Shown piece after piece: positions 18,149 through 29,965 of a DNA stretch of 41,028 nt. Every line of letters begins with the position of its first letter. The first letter of the stretch is position 1. Source of the DNA: an uncultured Gammaproteobacteria bacterium (GTDB lineage Bacteria > Pseudomonadota > Gammaproteobacteria > DSM-19610). The notes beneath the pieces are model-generated. The model worked only from the letters and a program-made list of their open reading frames with translations, was not told the origin of the DNA and made no database searches. The stretch is from positions 1 through 41,028 of the forward strand of contig CAYPEL010000002.1 of assembly GCA_964409635.1 (NCBI GenBank), read 5' to 3'. The translations under genes and the position numbers were made by a program.

Positions 18149-18584
18149 GATTCTCGATAACCGCATCGGTACCCAGTTCCCGTTGCCAGATTATGCCACG
18201 CAAGGCTCAGCCGGCATGGATTTGCGCGCCTGTCTGGAGAGCTCCTTGGAGCTGTTACCCGGGCAGACCGAACTACTGCCGACGGGTATCGCCATCCATA
18301 TCAGCGACCCCGGATTGGCGGCTGTTCTATTACCTCGTTCCGGTTTGGGGCATAAGCACGGCATCGTGCTGGGAAACCTGGTCGGTCTGATTGATTCCGA
18401 TTATCAGGGCCAATTGTTCGTTTCTTGCTGGAATCGTGGTCAGACGGCTTTTGTGGTTGAACCCGGTGAGCGGATTGCCCAGATGGTCTTTGTACCCATT
18501 ATTCAGGTAAATCTTGAAGTTGTAGAAGAATTTGCCGATAGCCAGCGAGGGTCAGGTGGATTTGGGCACACGGGACGTACCTGA
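18120..18584 (+). CDS. dut: dUTP diphosphatase
   Basis: [18 protein letters not shown] and [10 protein letters not shown] motifs. The GTG start at 18120 overlaps the coaBC end, and no nearby ATG is available. Confidence 0.9.
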   Translation: MATKNNIQLKILDNRIGTQFPLPDYATQGSAGMDLRACLESSLELLPGQTELLPTGIAIHISDPGLAAVLLPRSGLGHKHGIVLGNLVGLIDSDYQGQLFVSCWNRGQTAFVVEPGERIAQMVFVPIIQVNLEVVEEFADSQRGSGGFGHTGRT

Positions 18585-18665
18585 AGCGCCTGTTAGCAGT
18601 TCAATCGCTCACTCCCAAAATAGAAACTATACTTAATTAATAACTTATTGGAATCAGGATAAGCC

Positions 18666-21215
18666 ATGGAGCTACCGTTTCGGGCCGGTAAAAAAGACGC
18701 CGCTAACAAGGCATCTGATAAAGCGGGCAAGTCAAAAGTGAGTCGGCGTGCTGATACCAGCATGCGGAAGATGTTGTTGAGCCTGGTTTTAGTGACGCTA
18801 CCGCTATTGGCTATTCCACCGATCGTGGTTTACTGGCAAGCGGCAAAGCAACTTGAGTCTGCCGGCACAGCGCAGGCCGGGCTGTCGGCGAAGATGTTTG
18901 CCGGTAGCGTACAGCATTGGGTAGAACGGCAAATTGCCACCGCAGAACTGGTCGCAAAAGATGTCGAAATTGCACGCCTGTTGCAAGCGGGTGATGCCAG
19001 TGCGCTGCAGCAGAAGAGCCTGGCACTAGGCTACCTGTTTCCTGATTCCATCCGCGTGCGTTTGCTCGAGCCTGGCTTGGCGCAGGAGGATATGAGTGCA
19101 TCACCGCCGATTACCTTTGCCGCAGTGGATATGATCCGCGCTGCAGAAACCAGCGCCAAGCAACCGCCGATGGAAGTACACGCCTCCGGAACCCCTCAGC
19201 AACATATCAATCTGGTGCGGCGCGTGCTGGATCCCAGTGGACGGCGTATCGCCGGTCATTTGATGATCAGCTTTCCGATACTGGGGTTGCAGGAGATGTT
19301 ACAAAAGTCCAGTGTGCAGGGATTTGCCGAGCTACGGCAAAGCGGTTCACTGGTGCTGGCCAGCCAGGGAAGTGCAGACTTAAAAGCTGGCATGCCCGAT
19401 GCTAATTCTAAGGTCAATGGCAGCCGTTGGCAGGTCGCCTACTGGGTGCCGGGTACGCAAGCGGCCGGACAAAGTATGTTGTTATATGGTCTGATCGCGG
19501 CTGCGTTGGCAGCGCTTTGCCTGTTGCCTGTTGCCTTACTTTTGTACAAAAAACTGCTGGCTGCCTTGCGCAAGGATCAGGCGGCGTGTTTGACCATCGT
19601 CAAGGATTTGCGCGAGAACCGCAACAAACCCACCCACCCGATTGCGGCGGTTGCCGAAATGGGCGATACCCTCGAACTAATGTCGCGCGAAGCGGATAAA
19701 GGGTTGTTGGGTTCAAAGGCTAAGAAGCCGCCCGCGAAGCAAGCTAAACGGCCTATATTGGCAGACCCGATAGATGAAGTCGAGACGGATATGCTGTTTG
19801 ATAAATCGGCCCTGCAAATCAGTAAAGTTACCAGTGACCAAGGTGCAATCAGCAGTAGTATATTCAAGGCTTACGATATCCGCGGGATTGTTGGCGAGAC
19901 CTTAACAGCAGACGTGGTTTATCAGTTAGGCCGTGCGCTAGGCAGCGAAGCTTATTTCCGGGGTGAGCAAGTGGTCGTGGTCGGCCGTGACGGCAGATTG
20001 TCTGGCCCCGAACTTTCTGATGCCCTGATCCAGGGTTTGAAATCGACCGGGCGTGACGTCAAGGATATCGGGCTGGTGCCAACACCCGTGCTTTATTATG
20101 CGGCCCAGCACCTGGGTACCGGTTCCGGTGTGATGCTCACCGGTAGCCATAATCCGCCGGACTATAACGGCCTCAAGATGGTCATCGGCGGAGAAACCTT
20201 AGCCAGCGAGGCTATCCAGGAACTGCGCAAACGGATAGATAAAGGTGATCTGTTGACCGGTGATGGCAGTGTTGAAACTGTCGAGGTTATGTCAGATTAC
20301 ATAGGCAGGATTACTTCAGATGTACAGGTGATCCGTCCACTCAAGGTAGTCGTTGATTGTGGAAATGGCGCCGCCGGAGAGGCTGCACCTGAGTTATTCA
20401 ATGCGCTGGGCTGTAAAGTAGAGACCTTATACTGCGATATAGACGGCAATTTCCCCAACCACCACCCGGATCCAAGCAAGCCGGAAAACCTGACCGCCTT
20501 GATTCAGGCAGTGCAAGAACATGGCGCTGACCTGGGTTTTGCATTTGATGGCGACGGTGACCGCTTGGGTGTCGTGAGCTCAACGGGCGCCGTTATCTGG
20601 CCTGACCGGCTGATGATGCTATTTGCCGCCGACGTGCTGTCACGAAATCCGGGCGCGCAGATTATTTATGATGTGAAATGCACCAAAAATCTTGCCAACG
20701 TTATCAGCCAGAACGGTGGTGAGCCCTTGATGTGGCGTACCGGTCATTCCCTGATCAAGGGCAAGATGAAAGAAACCGGCGCCCTGCTGGCGGGCGAGAT
20801 GAGCGGGCATCTTTTCTTCAAAGAACGTTGGTACGGGTTTGATGATGCGCTCTACGCCGGCGCCCGTTTGCTGGAAATTCTTGCCAACGATGAACGCAGC
20901 CCCGATGAAGTGTTTGCAGCCCTGCCTGACAGTATCAATACACCGGAATTGAATGTTGCCATGGCGGAAGGTGAACCCGCCATTTTTATGGAAAAGCTGC
21001 GTAAATCTGCCCATTTTGCCGGTGCCAATATTGCCACGATTGATGGTGTGCGTGCCGAGTTTGATAATGGTTGGGGGCTGGTGCGTGCGTCGAATACGAC
21101 GCCTAGCCTGGTGATGCGTTTTGAGGCCGACGATGAAATGGCTTTGTACAATATCCAGGAAGAATTCCGCCGCGCCCTGTTAGAGACAAAACCTGACCTG
21201 GTATTGCCGTTCTAA
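18666..21215 (+). CDS. algC: Phosphomannomutase/phosphoglucomutase with a ~395-aa membrane-anchored N-terminal extension
   Basis: From residue 396 onward (SSSIFKAYDIRG, TGSHNPP, FDGDGDR, GEMSGH) it is collinear with AlgC. The N-terminal part has two TM helices (about residues 36-58 and 270-295) flanking a ~210-aa domain. AGGA lies 7 nt before the ATG at 18666. Confidence 0.85.
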   Translation: MELPFRAGKKDAANKASDKAGKSKVSRRADTSMRKMLLSLVLVTLPLLAIPPIVVYWQAAKQLESAGTAQAGLSAKMFAGSVQHWVERQIATAELVAKDVEIARLLQAGDASALQQKSLALGYLFPDSIRVRLLEPGLAQEDMSASPPITFAAVDMIRAAETSAKQPPMEVHASGTPQQHINLVRRVLDPSGRRIAGHLMISFPILGLQEMLQKSSVQGFAELRQSGSLVLASQGSADLKAGMPDANSKVNGSRWQVAYWVPGTQAAGQSMLLYGLIAAALAALCLLPVALLLYKKLLAALRKDQAACLTIVKDLRENRNKPTHPIAAVAEMGDTLELMSREADKGLLGSKAKKPPAKQAKRPILADPIDEVETDMLFDKSALQISKVTSDQGAISSSIFKAYDIRGIVGETLTADVVYQLGRALGSEAYFRGEQVVVVGRDGRLSGPELSDALIQGLKSTGRDVKDIGLVPTPVLYYAAQHLGTGSGVMLTGSHNPPDYNGLKMVIGGETLASEAIQELRKRIDKGDLLTGDGSVETVEVMSDYIGRITSDVQVIRPLKVVVDCGNGAAGEAAPELFNALGCKVETLYCDIDGNFPNHHPDPSKPENLTALIQAVQEHGADLGFAFDGDGDRLGVVSSTGAVIWPDRLMMLFAADVLSRNPGAQIIYDVKCTKNLANVISQNGGEPLMWRTGHSLIKGKMKETGALLAGEMSGHLFFKERWYGFDDALYAGARLLEILANDERSPDEVFAALPDSINTPELNVAMAEGEPAIFMEKLRKSAHFAGANIATIDGVRAEFDNGWGLVRASNTTPSLVMRFEADDEMALYNIQEEFRRALLETKPDLVLPF

Positions 21216-21315
21216 GTTTTCTAGGTTTAATGCTTGTCATTACACGGGTACCGTAAAGCACACCTGTTCTGCGTAGGTTGGGCTGCGTGCCTCAACCCAT
21301 CCTGCACAGTGCTGA

Positions 21316-23032
<1,717 letters not shown>

Positions 23033-23070
23033 GAATTTAACTCTGCCTAAAGGATTGCTCCAGCCTTGAT

Positions 23071-23826
23071 ATGAGTTTTACCGAGCATCTGTTGTTGTTT
23101 TCTATCTCTTTGATTGCAAATATATTTTCAGCTTTCTCGGGCGGTGGTGCCGGTTTGATCCAGCTGCCCGCACTGATATTTCTGGGCCTTCCTTTTCCCA
23201 TTGCGCTGGCGACGCACAAAGTTGCCAGTGTCGCTTTGGGTATCGGCGCAACCTTGAGGCACTTGAGAGAACGGCATCTCAACCCGCAGTTTGCCGGGTT
23301 GATGCTGCTCGCGGGCTTGCCGGGGGTTATGCTGGGTGCGCGGCTGATTATTGGCATTCCCGGCCGCACAGCTGAAATTGCCCTGGGGGTGTTGACCGTG
23401 GGGCTGGGCATCTACTCCATATTGCAGCCGCAGCTGGGGCAGGCCAGTCAGCCTACTCACCGGGAAGGATTTGGCCTGTGGTTGGGGGCGGCGGTGTTAT
23501 TTGTAATCGGTGTGTTGAACGGATCACTCACCTCGGGAACCGGCTTGTTTGTCACCCTGTGGCTGGTGCGCTGGTTTGGGTTTAACTTTCAGCGTGCAGT
23601 TGCCTACACGCTGATTCTTGTTGGGGTGTTTTGGAATGGAACCGGTGCTCTAACCCTGGGCTGGTTTGCTGAAATCCGCTGGAGCTGGTTGCCGGCGTTG
23701 TTACTGGGTTCTTTGCTAGGGGGGTATCTGGGCGCGCACTTGGCGATACTCAAAGGTAGTCGTGGGATAAAGAGAGTCTATGAAATTATTACCCTGCTGG
23801 TGGGTGTAAAACTGATGATGGGTTAA
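23071..23826 (+). CDS. TSUP (TauE/SafE) family membrane transporter
   Basis: 251 aa with about 8 hydrophobic helices and glycine-rich TSUP-like repeats. Confidence 0.75.
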   Translation: MSFTEHLLLFSISLIANIFSAFSGGGAGLIQLPALIFLGLPFPIALATHKVASVALGIGATLRHLRERHLNPQFAGLMLLAGLPGVMLGARLIIGIPGRTAEIALGVLTVGLGIYSILQPQLGQASQPTHREGFGLWLGAAVLFVIGVLNGSLTSGTGLFVTLWLVRWFGFNFQRAVAYTLILVGVFWNGTGALTLGWFAEIRWSWLPALLLGSLLGGYLGAHLAILKGSRGIKRVYEIITLLVGVKLMMG

Positions 23827-23882
23827 AGCCGTACGTAAGAGGCCGGATACCCTGGTCGTAGATTCTCCATAGGCAGCGCTAA

Positions 23883-24527
23883 TCAGGTAACGCCATATTG
23901 GTCGCGGTATGCATCAATCGCCTGCAGGGTTGGTTGATACTCCGGCCGGGTTGAAATGTAGCGGCGTAATTCATCCAGGGTGACGATGCTGGTTACTTTG
24001 AGATTCAGGTCAGCTTCGACTTCCTGAATGGCCGAACGGTCGGCTTTGCCGCGTTCCTGTCTATCCAGTGCGATCACGACACCCGTCGCGGTGGCGTTGG
24101 CCGCATTGATAATATCCAGCGCTTCGCGTATCGCGGTGCCGGCCGTAATAACATCGTCAATAATCAGAATCCGGCCTTGTAATGGCGCGCCAACCAGATT
24201 TCCACCTTCGCCGTGATCCTTGGCTTCCTTGCGGTTAAAACAGTACGGGATATCTATATTATGCTGGTCAAACAATGCAACAGCGGTGGCGGATGCCAGC
24301 GGGATACCTTTATAAGCCGGACCGAACAGGACATCAAATTCCCTGCCGCTAGTGACGATTGCCTGTGCATAAAATCGTCCTAGCCGCGCCAGCGCAGCGC
24401 CGGTATTAAACAATCCAGCGTTAAAAAAATACGGGCTGGTACGCCCGGATTTGAGTTTGAATTCACCGAAACGCAGCACGCCACATTCAATGGCGAATTC
24501 CAGAAATTCTCGTTTGTAGTTTTGCAT
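23883..24527 (-). CDS. pyrE: Orotate phosphoribosyltransferase
   Basis: PRPP-binding motif [13 protein letters not shown]. 214 aa, with N-terminus [14 protein letters not shown]. Confidence 0.95.
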   Translation of the reverse strand: MQNYKREFLEFAIECGVLRFGEFKLKSGRTSPYFFNAGLFNTGAALARLGRFYAQAIVTSGREFDVLFGPAYKGIPLASATAVALFDQHNIDIPYCFNRKEAKDHGEGGNLVGAPLQGRILIIDDVITAGTAIREALDIINAANATATGVVIALDRQERGKADRSAIQEVEADLNLKVTSIVTLDELRRYISTRPEYQPTLQAIDAYRDQYGVT

Positions 24528-24592
24528 CGGGCCATCTGTGGTCAGTTAACAGGTAGCTGTATGATACACAGGCTAATCAATAAGGAGAATGC

Positions 24593-25372
24593 ATGCGCAT
24601 CATCAGTGTAAACGTGAATGGCATACGTGCCGCAGCGCGCAAAGGCTTTTTTAGCTGGATGACGCGGCAGCGGGCAGATGTCATTTGTATTCAGGAAACC
24701 AGGGCGCAGGTACATCAACTTGAAGACCCTGTTTTCAGGCCGCGCGGCTACCATGTGTACTTCCATGATGCGGAGAAAAAAGGCTACAGTGGTGTAGCAA
24801 TCTATAGCCGGCATAAACCCGATCAGGTTATTGAAGGAATAGGTTGGCCGGATGTCGATGCAGAAGGCCGTTACCTGGAGGCACGTTTTGGAAAGCTCAG
24901 TGTTATTTCGCTTTATTTGCATTCCGGATCTTCCAGCGAAGAGCGGCAGCAAGTGAAATTCGGGGTGATGAAACGGTTTATGCCTTACCTGAAGAAGCGG
25001 GCGCGCAGCCGCCGCGAATATATTATCTGTGGTGACTGGAATATTGCCCATCGCCAGATTGATCTTAAAAACTGGCGCGGCAATCAAAAGAATTCCGGGT
25101 TCCTGCCCGAAGAAAGGGCCTGGATGGACGAGTTGTTCGGTAAAGCAGGTTTTGTAGACGCTTTCAGGGTCATCGACCCACGGCCGGAGCAATATACCTG
25201 GTGGTCAAACCGTGGCCAGGCCTGGGCAAAAAATGTCGGCTGGCGGATTGATTATCAGGTCACGACAGCGGCGATAGCACAAGGCGTCGAGCGCGCCAGG
25301 ATTTATAAAGACAAACGCTTTTCTGATCATGCACCGTTGATCATGGATTACAGCTACAAGTTGGTCAATTAA
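24593..25372 (+). CDS. xthA: Exodeoxyribonuclease III
   Basis: MRIISVNVNGIRAA, ICIQET, GDWNIAH and SDHAPL are present, so the catalytic residues are intact. AAGGAG lies before the ATG. Confidence 0.9.
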   Translation: MRIISVNVNGIRAAARKGFFSWMTRQRADVICIQETRAQVHQLEDPVFRPRGYHVYFHDAEKKGYSGVAIYSRHKPDQVIEGIGWPDVDAEGRYLEARFGKLSVISLYLHSGSSSEERQQVKFGVMKRFMPYLKKRARSRREYIICGDWNIAHRQIDLKNWRGNQKNSGFLPEERAWMDELFGKAGFVDAFRVIDPRPEQYTWWSNRGQAWAKNVGWRIDYQVTTAAIAQGVERARIYKDKRFSDHAPLIMDYSYKLVN

Positions 25373-25373
25373 C

Positions 25374-26696
25374 ATGCGTGGCTGGCTGGATGCATTTGCC
25401 GTTTATAAAAACCCGCAGGTCTTGTCGATGCTGTTTCTGGGATTTTCAGCAGGTTTACCGATCCTGCTGGTCTTCGGCACCTTGTCAGCCTGGCTGAATG
25501 TCGAAGGCGTGGACAAGACCACGATCGGTTTTGTCAGCTGGGTGGCGCTGGCTTACGGCCTGAAATTCCTCTGGTCACCGCTGGTGGATCGCATGGCCTT
25601 GCCCTGGCTGACCCGTCTTCTCGGGCAGCGCCGTGGCTGGATGTTGTTGGCGCAGGCCGGTGTGATCACCGGTCTGCTGGCAATGTCTCAGGTAAATCCC
25701 ACCAGTCAGTTGCAGTGGTTGGTAGCTTTTGCGGTGTTGACGGCATTTTCGTCGGCCACACAGGACATCACGATTGATGCCTGGCGTATCGAGGCGGTAG
25801 AAGAAGATATGCAGGGTGCGATGGCCGGCACTTACCAGTTGGGTTACCGCATCGGAATGATTCTGGCTGGCAGCATGGCGTTTGTGATTGCCGACATTAT
25901 TTCCTGGCCCGCCGCTTATCTGGTGATGGCGGCCTTTATGCTGGTGGGAGTGGTGACTACTTTTATCATCAGTGAGCCCGATCATGCGGCACGCAACAGT
26001 GAGTGGGAAACAGAAAAACGCGTCATCAGCCTGCTGGAGCGGAATCAGCACTTGCCAGAAAAAATCCGCCGCCTTCAGGCCTGGTTTGTAGGGGCCGTGA
26101 TTTGTCCGTTTGGTGATTTTTTCAATCGTCACGGCTGGACTGCGCTGTTGATTTTGTCTTTTATTGCGGTGTTTCGACTGAGCGACATTACGCTGGGCGT
26201 GATGGCTTTTCCGTTTTATCAGGACATGGGTTACAGCGGTAAAGAAATCGGTCTGGTGAGTGGCCTTGTCGGCAAGTTTGTGACGATTGGCGGCGCTTTA
26301 ATCGGGGGTGTATTGGTGGTTCGCTATGGGGTCATGCGGATGCTGTTGGCCGGTGCTATATTGGTGATTCTGACCAATCTGCTGTTCGCCTGGCTGGCGG
26401 GACAAGAACCTTTGCTGGTTTGGCTGATCCTGGTGGTCGGTGCAGACAATCTGGCCGGTGGGCTGGCCGGTACTGTCTTCATTGCCTATTTGTCGAGCCT
26501 GACTAACCGCTTGTATACCGCTACCCAGTATGCGCTTTTTAGTTCCATCATGTTGTTGCTGCCAAAATTTGTTGGTGGCTTTTCCGGTATGGTGGTTGAT
26601 GCAAGCAGTTACGAAATCTTCTTTTTATATGCGGCTTCTTTGGGCTTGCCTGCGGTGGCATTGATATTTTTATTAATGAAAAAAGGGCATAGTTGA
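25374..26696 (+). CDS. ampG: AmpG-family muropeptide MFS permease
   Basis: 440 aa with 12 or more TM helices and an N-terminus LSMLFLGFSAGLP typical of AmpG. It starts 1 nt after the xthA stop. Confidence 0.85.
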   Translation: MRGWLDAFAVYKNPQVLSMLFLGFSAGLPILLVFGTLSAWLNVEGVDKTTIGFVSWVALAYGLKFLWSPLVDRMALPWLTRLLGQRRGWMLLAQAGVITGLLAMSQVNPTSQLQWLVAFAVLTAFSSATQDITIDAWRIEAVEEDMQGAMAGTYQLGYRIGMILAGSMAFVIADIISWPAAYLVMAAFMLVGVVTTFIISEPDHAARNSEWETEKRVISLLERNQHLPEKIRRLQAWFVGAVICPFGDFFNRHGWTALLILSFIAVFRLSDITLGVMAFPFYQDMGYSGKEIGLVSGLVGKFVTIGGALIGGVLVVRYGVMRMLLAGAILVILTNLLFAWLAGQEPLLVWLILVVGADNLAGGLAGTVFIAYLSSLTNRLYTATQYALFSSIMLLLPKFVGGFSGMVVDASSYEIFFLYAASLGLPAVALIFLLMKKGHS

Positions 26697-26698
26697 TA

Positions 26699-27394
26699 AT
26701 GCCGGAGTTCAGTTATCTGGCGGCATTTATCGTCGGTTTACTGGGCGGCGTACATTGTGCAGGCATGTGTGGCGGCATAGTGACTGCACTCACGTTTGGA
26801 TTGCCAGAAAATCAGCGCCGCGGTCCACAGGCTTTGCCCTTTTTGCTGGCTTACAATCTGGCGCGGGTTAGCAGTTATACTCTGGCAGGTGTGTTGATGG
26901 GGGGCATTGGCTGGATGGCTGCGCACTGGCTTGATATACGGCAAGTGCAATTGATATTACAGTTCGTAGCCGCCCTGTTTATGATTTTGCTCGGGCTGTA
27001 TCTGGCGGGTTGGTGGATGGTATTGAGCCGGCTGGAAAGTGCGGGTGCCGGTGTCTGGAAAAAGATCCAACCCCTGACACGCCGCTTTATGCCGGTGCAG
27101 ACAGTACCCCAGGCCTTTATTATTGGTTTGCTATGGGGTTGGCTGCCCTGTGGTCTGGTGTACAGTGTGCTGGTGTGGTCGGTGGCCACGGCTGACCCGG
27201 TTTCGGGTGGCTTGCTGATGCTGGCGTTTGGCCTCGGCACCTTGCCGACATTGCTGGCGATGGGGGTAGTGGCGGTGGGCCTGTCACGCTGGATTCAGAG
27301 CCAGGCCACCCGTAGAGCCGCCGGTGGCCTGGTGATTCTGTTTGGTTTGTTTCAGCTATTTAACGCAGTTAGCCAGTATAAAATTGCTGTTTGA
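26699..27394 (+). CDS. DsbD_2/TauE-like membrane protein with paired Cys motifs (COG2836-like)
   Basis: Motifs GGVHCAGMCGG and WGWLPCGLVY sit in TM helices. I prefer the ATG at 26699 over the TTG at 26693. Confidence 0.7.
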   Translation: MPEFSYLAAFIVGLLGGVHCAGMCGGIVTALTFGLPENQRRGPQALPFLLAYNLARVSSYTLAGVLMGGIGWMAAHWLDIRQVQLILQFVAALFMILLGLYLAGWWMVLSRLESAGAGVWKKIQPLTRRFMPVQTVPQAFIIGLLWGWLPCGLVYSVLVWSVATADPVSGGLLMLAFGLGTLPTLLAMGVVAVGLSRWIQSQATRRAAGGLVILFGLFQLFNAVSQYKIAV

Positions 27395-27821
27395 AATCGA
27401 CGCTATAACTGTCTGAACTGCCTTCCGGTTTCACATCGACGGTGAAGCGTAAGGTTTCTTCGTTAGTGACAGGAAACTCCCCGATATAATAAATTGCGGT
27501 GCCCTCACGAACTTCTCTTAGCTTGATGTTGCGGTGCTGGCCAGTCAGATTTTTTGCCGAAGCCGTTACTTTTGCCGCAACTGGTTTGCCGGTGGTTCCC
27601 AACAATTTTGTCAGTATGGCAATGTTGATCATGCCGCGGTTTTTACTGCGTTTGATGCCGTATTGCTTGGTAACAGAAGGCGGTATCTGATTGGTATTAA
27701 GGGCATTGAAATGCACCACATACTCACCGAAATCCTGTGAATTTTCAGCTTGAGCATGGCTCGATGCAAACAAAGTAAAAAGCAGCAATAGGTATGAAAC
27801 GATAGTTTTTTTCGTATACAT
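27369..27821 (-). CDS. DUF4426 domain periplasmic protein
   Basis: A signal peptide is followed by DFGEYVVHFNALNTNQIPP and GMINIAIL, a DUF4426-like pattern. Confidence 0.7.
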   Translation of the reverse strand: MYTKKTIVSYLLLLFTLFASSHAQAENSQDFGEYVVHFNALNTNQIPPSVTKQYGIKRSKNRGMINIAILTKLLGTTGKPVAAKVTASAKNLTGQHRNIKLREVREGTAIYYIGEFPVTNEETLRFTVDVKPEGSSDSYSVDFKQQFYTG

Positions 27822-27970
27822 CCAGATTCTCCTCAGATCGGGGATACTATTAATGATAGACTATCTGTCTGCTGTCAAGTTGCAAGCTTAACTATTATCA
27901 GAAAAATCAACGGATACCGGGCGTGCAGTGGCGTAAGCTACGGTTTTCGGTCAGGGTGGGCCAATACGGG

Positions 27971-29965
27971 TTAGGCTACTGCGGGTGCCAGCGCCGGGTG
28001 TGGTGAAGTAGCCTTGGCGTCTGTTAAATCGGCCTGTACTGGCTGGTTGAGCGCGGTAGCAATATCCCCGAGTATATTAAGATTAATCCGGTTTTCACGG
28101 TACTCGGCTTCCAGCTCCTTGATACGGGCATCGACTGTGTCACGCGATTCACTGATTTTTTTCAGGGTCTCGTGGCGTTTTTCCATGCGCGCCTTATGCT
28201 CCTTGATCTGGTTAATCAAGGGGTTCATGACTTCTTTGATCCAGATGTCAGCGTCCTGGTTGGCCTTGTAAAACAGGCTGCGGGTATGGCTGACGAGGGT
28301 AATGAAAAACTTTTTAATGACGTAGGCTTGTTCGGTCATCGCCGTGGCCGGACTGCGCCGGAAAGTTTCAGCTTCCTGGTAGAGTCTTTCCAGTTCGGTG
28401 CTATAAGCCGACACGTTGAACTGCCGCGGGGTTAGCGCGGGCAGGCCATGGTCTTCATGGAATTTTCGATAGGTTGCCCGGATCAGCATACGGGTTTGCT
28501 CAGCCTGCGAAGTAACCTGCTCCATGGTGTCACGTGCGCCGTCAAAAAAGGTTTCCATGCCGCGTTTCATACCGGAGGTAGTCCAGCTTTGCTGCATTTC
28601 CTCACGGGTTTTACTAATTAATTTGTCGAGCATTTCAATGCTCAGTGCATTGACCATATTGCGCGCCTGGTTGTGCAGTACACGCCGGCTGGACTGGAAG
28701 CTTTCCACATTACGTAAATACGTGTCTTTTTCTTCCTGCGTCTTGTTTACCAGGTGCATGATGACATCAGAGTTTTTACCGCGGATTGCCCTGAGTTCTT
28801 CGAGCTGTTTTTTGAATTGCAGTTCCTGTGCGTTCATGCTGCCCAAGTGTTCATCGAGCATGGCGCCAACCTGTGCGACCAGGTTTTCTCTCACCATCGT
28901 TTGCCGGCTAGGGAGTATTTCTTCTGACAAATAACGTTCCAGTTTAAGCAGGCCGCTTTTCTCAAGCAGGGCTTCATCCTTGCGGATTTTGCCGAGCAAC
29001 CCTTTTTGAGCCGACAGGGTGAAAACCTGTTTCACAGGAATTTGCAATTGCTTAGCTGTGGATGTGCGTTGTGATTCAATCGCAGTGTTAATTTCAGCCT
29101 CAGATTTTAGTTCGTCCCACAAGGTATCAATTTTGTTCAGGATAATGGTCAGGCCACTGTCTTTACGTTGCCGTATGGAGCTGATGTGGTGCTCCCAGAT
29201 GTCAAGATCGCTGCGGGTCACACCGGTATCGGCGCTCAACAGGAACAGCACAGACTGAGCTGCAGGCAGCATGCTGACAGTGAGTTCAGGTTCATTCCCC
29301 AGCGCATTGAGACCCGGTGTGTCCAGAACCACTAATCCCTGCTTGAGTAATTCATGCGGGAAACTGACCAGCGCGTGCCGCCAGTGCGGTATTTCTACCT
29401 GTGCCGGGTGTTTGCCGTTGGTTTTGAAATTCGGATCCTGGTTTTCGTCGTATAACCCAAGTTCGCGGGCCAGCTCCAGAGAGACGGTTTTGGTTTTAAC
29501 GACTTCTTGCAGGGCTTCTGCGACCTGTTCCGGTGAATCTGTGCTCAGATTGATCCGGGTCCACTGGATGGGGTCGTGTTTTAGTTCGGCAATGCTGGTG
29601 TCCTGACGCCGTGATTCGATGGGCAGGAGTTTGATGTAGGACTCATGGGTGTCGGCGTCATAAAACAGCTCGGTCGGGCACATCGTCGTGCGGCCGGCTT
29701 CGGAAGGCAGCAGGCGTTGCCCATACTGGGCAAAAAACAAGGCATTGATCAATTCTGTTTTGCCGCGCGAGAATTCTGCGACAAAGGCAATAGTCAGTTT
29801 GTCTTTACGTAGCGATTCAACCGCTTCAAACAGGCGCAGCTCCTGCTCGGGGGTGGTTAGCTGGTGATCTTCAAGCCAGGCCTGAAAGCTTTGAATCGTC
29901 TGTGCGAGGTTCTCTCGCCATTTCTGGTAGGCGCCAAGCTGCTGATTAAGCGAATCCGTATGCAT
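27971..29965 (-). CDS. Dynamin-family (bacterial dynamin-like) GTPase
   Basis: G1 AEFSRGKTELINAL, G3 VVLDTPGLNA and G4 ILNKID, followed by a long, coiled-coil-rich C-terminal half. 664 aa. Confidence 0.8.
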   Translation of the reverse strand: MHTDSLNQQLGAYQKWRENLAQTIQSFQAWLEDHQLTTPEQELRLFEAVESLRKDKLTIAFVAEFSRGKTELINALFFAQYGQRLLPSEAGRTTMCPTELFYDADTHESYIKLLPIESRRQDTSIAELKHDPIQWTRINLSTDSPEQVAEALQEVVKTKTVSLELARELGLYDENQDPNFKTNGKHPAQVEIPHWRHALVSFPHELLKQGLVVLDTPGLNALGNEPELTVSMLPAAQSVLFLLSADTGVTRSDLDIWEHHISSIRQRKDSGLTIILNKIDTLWDELKSEAEINTAIESQRTSTAKQLQIPVKQVFTLSAQKGLLGKIRKDEALLEKSGLLKLERYLSEEILPSRQTMVRENLVAQVGAMLDEHLGSMNAQELQFKKQLEELRAIRGKNSDVIMHLVNKTQEEKDTYLRNVESFQSSRRVLHNQARNMVNALSIEMLDKLISKTREEMQQSWTTSGMKRGMETFFDGARDTMEQVTSQAEQTRMLIRATYRKFHEDHGLPALTPRQFNVSAYSTELERLYQEAETFRRSPATAMTEQAYVIKKFFITLVSHTRSLFYKANQDADIWIKEVMNPLINQIKEHKARMEKRHETLKKISESRDTVDARIKELEAEYRENRINLNILGDIATALNQPVQADLTDAKATSPHPALAPAVA

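Noticed and set aside
21270-21305. REP-like hairpin GTAGGTTGGGCTGCGTGCCTCAACCC in the algC-argB spacer.
   Set aside because: Only about 5 bp can pair (GGTTG/CAACC), and I saw no second copy in the window.
27971-29965. Calling the dynamin-like gene an Eleos (LeoA/LeoBC) anti-phage system.
   Set aside because: Only one dynamin-family gene is present and no partner gene is adjacent. The flanking genes are housekeeping.
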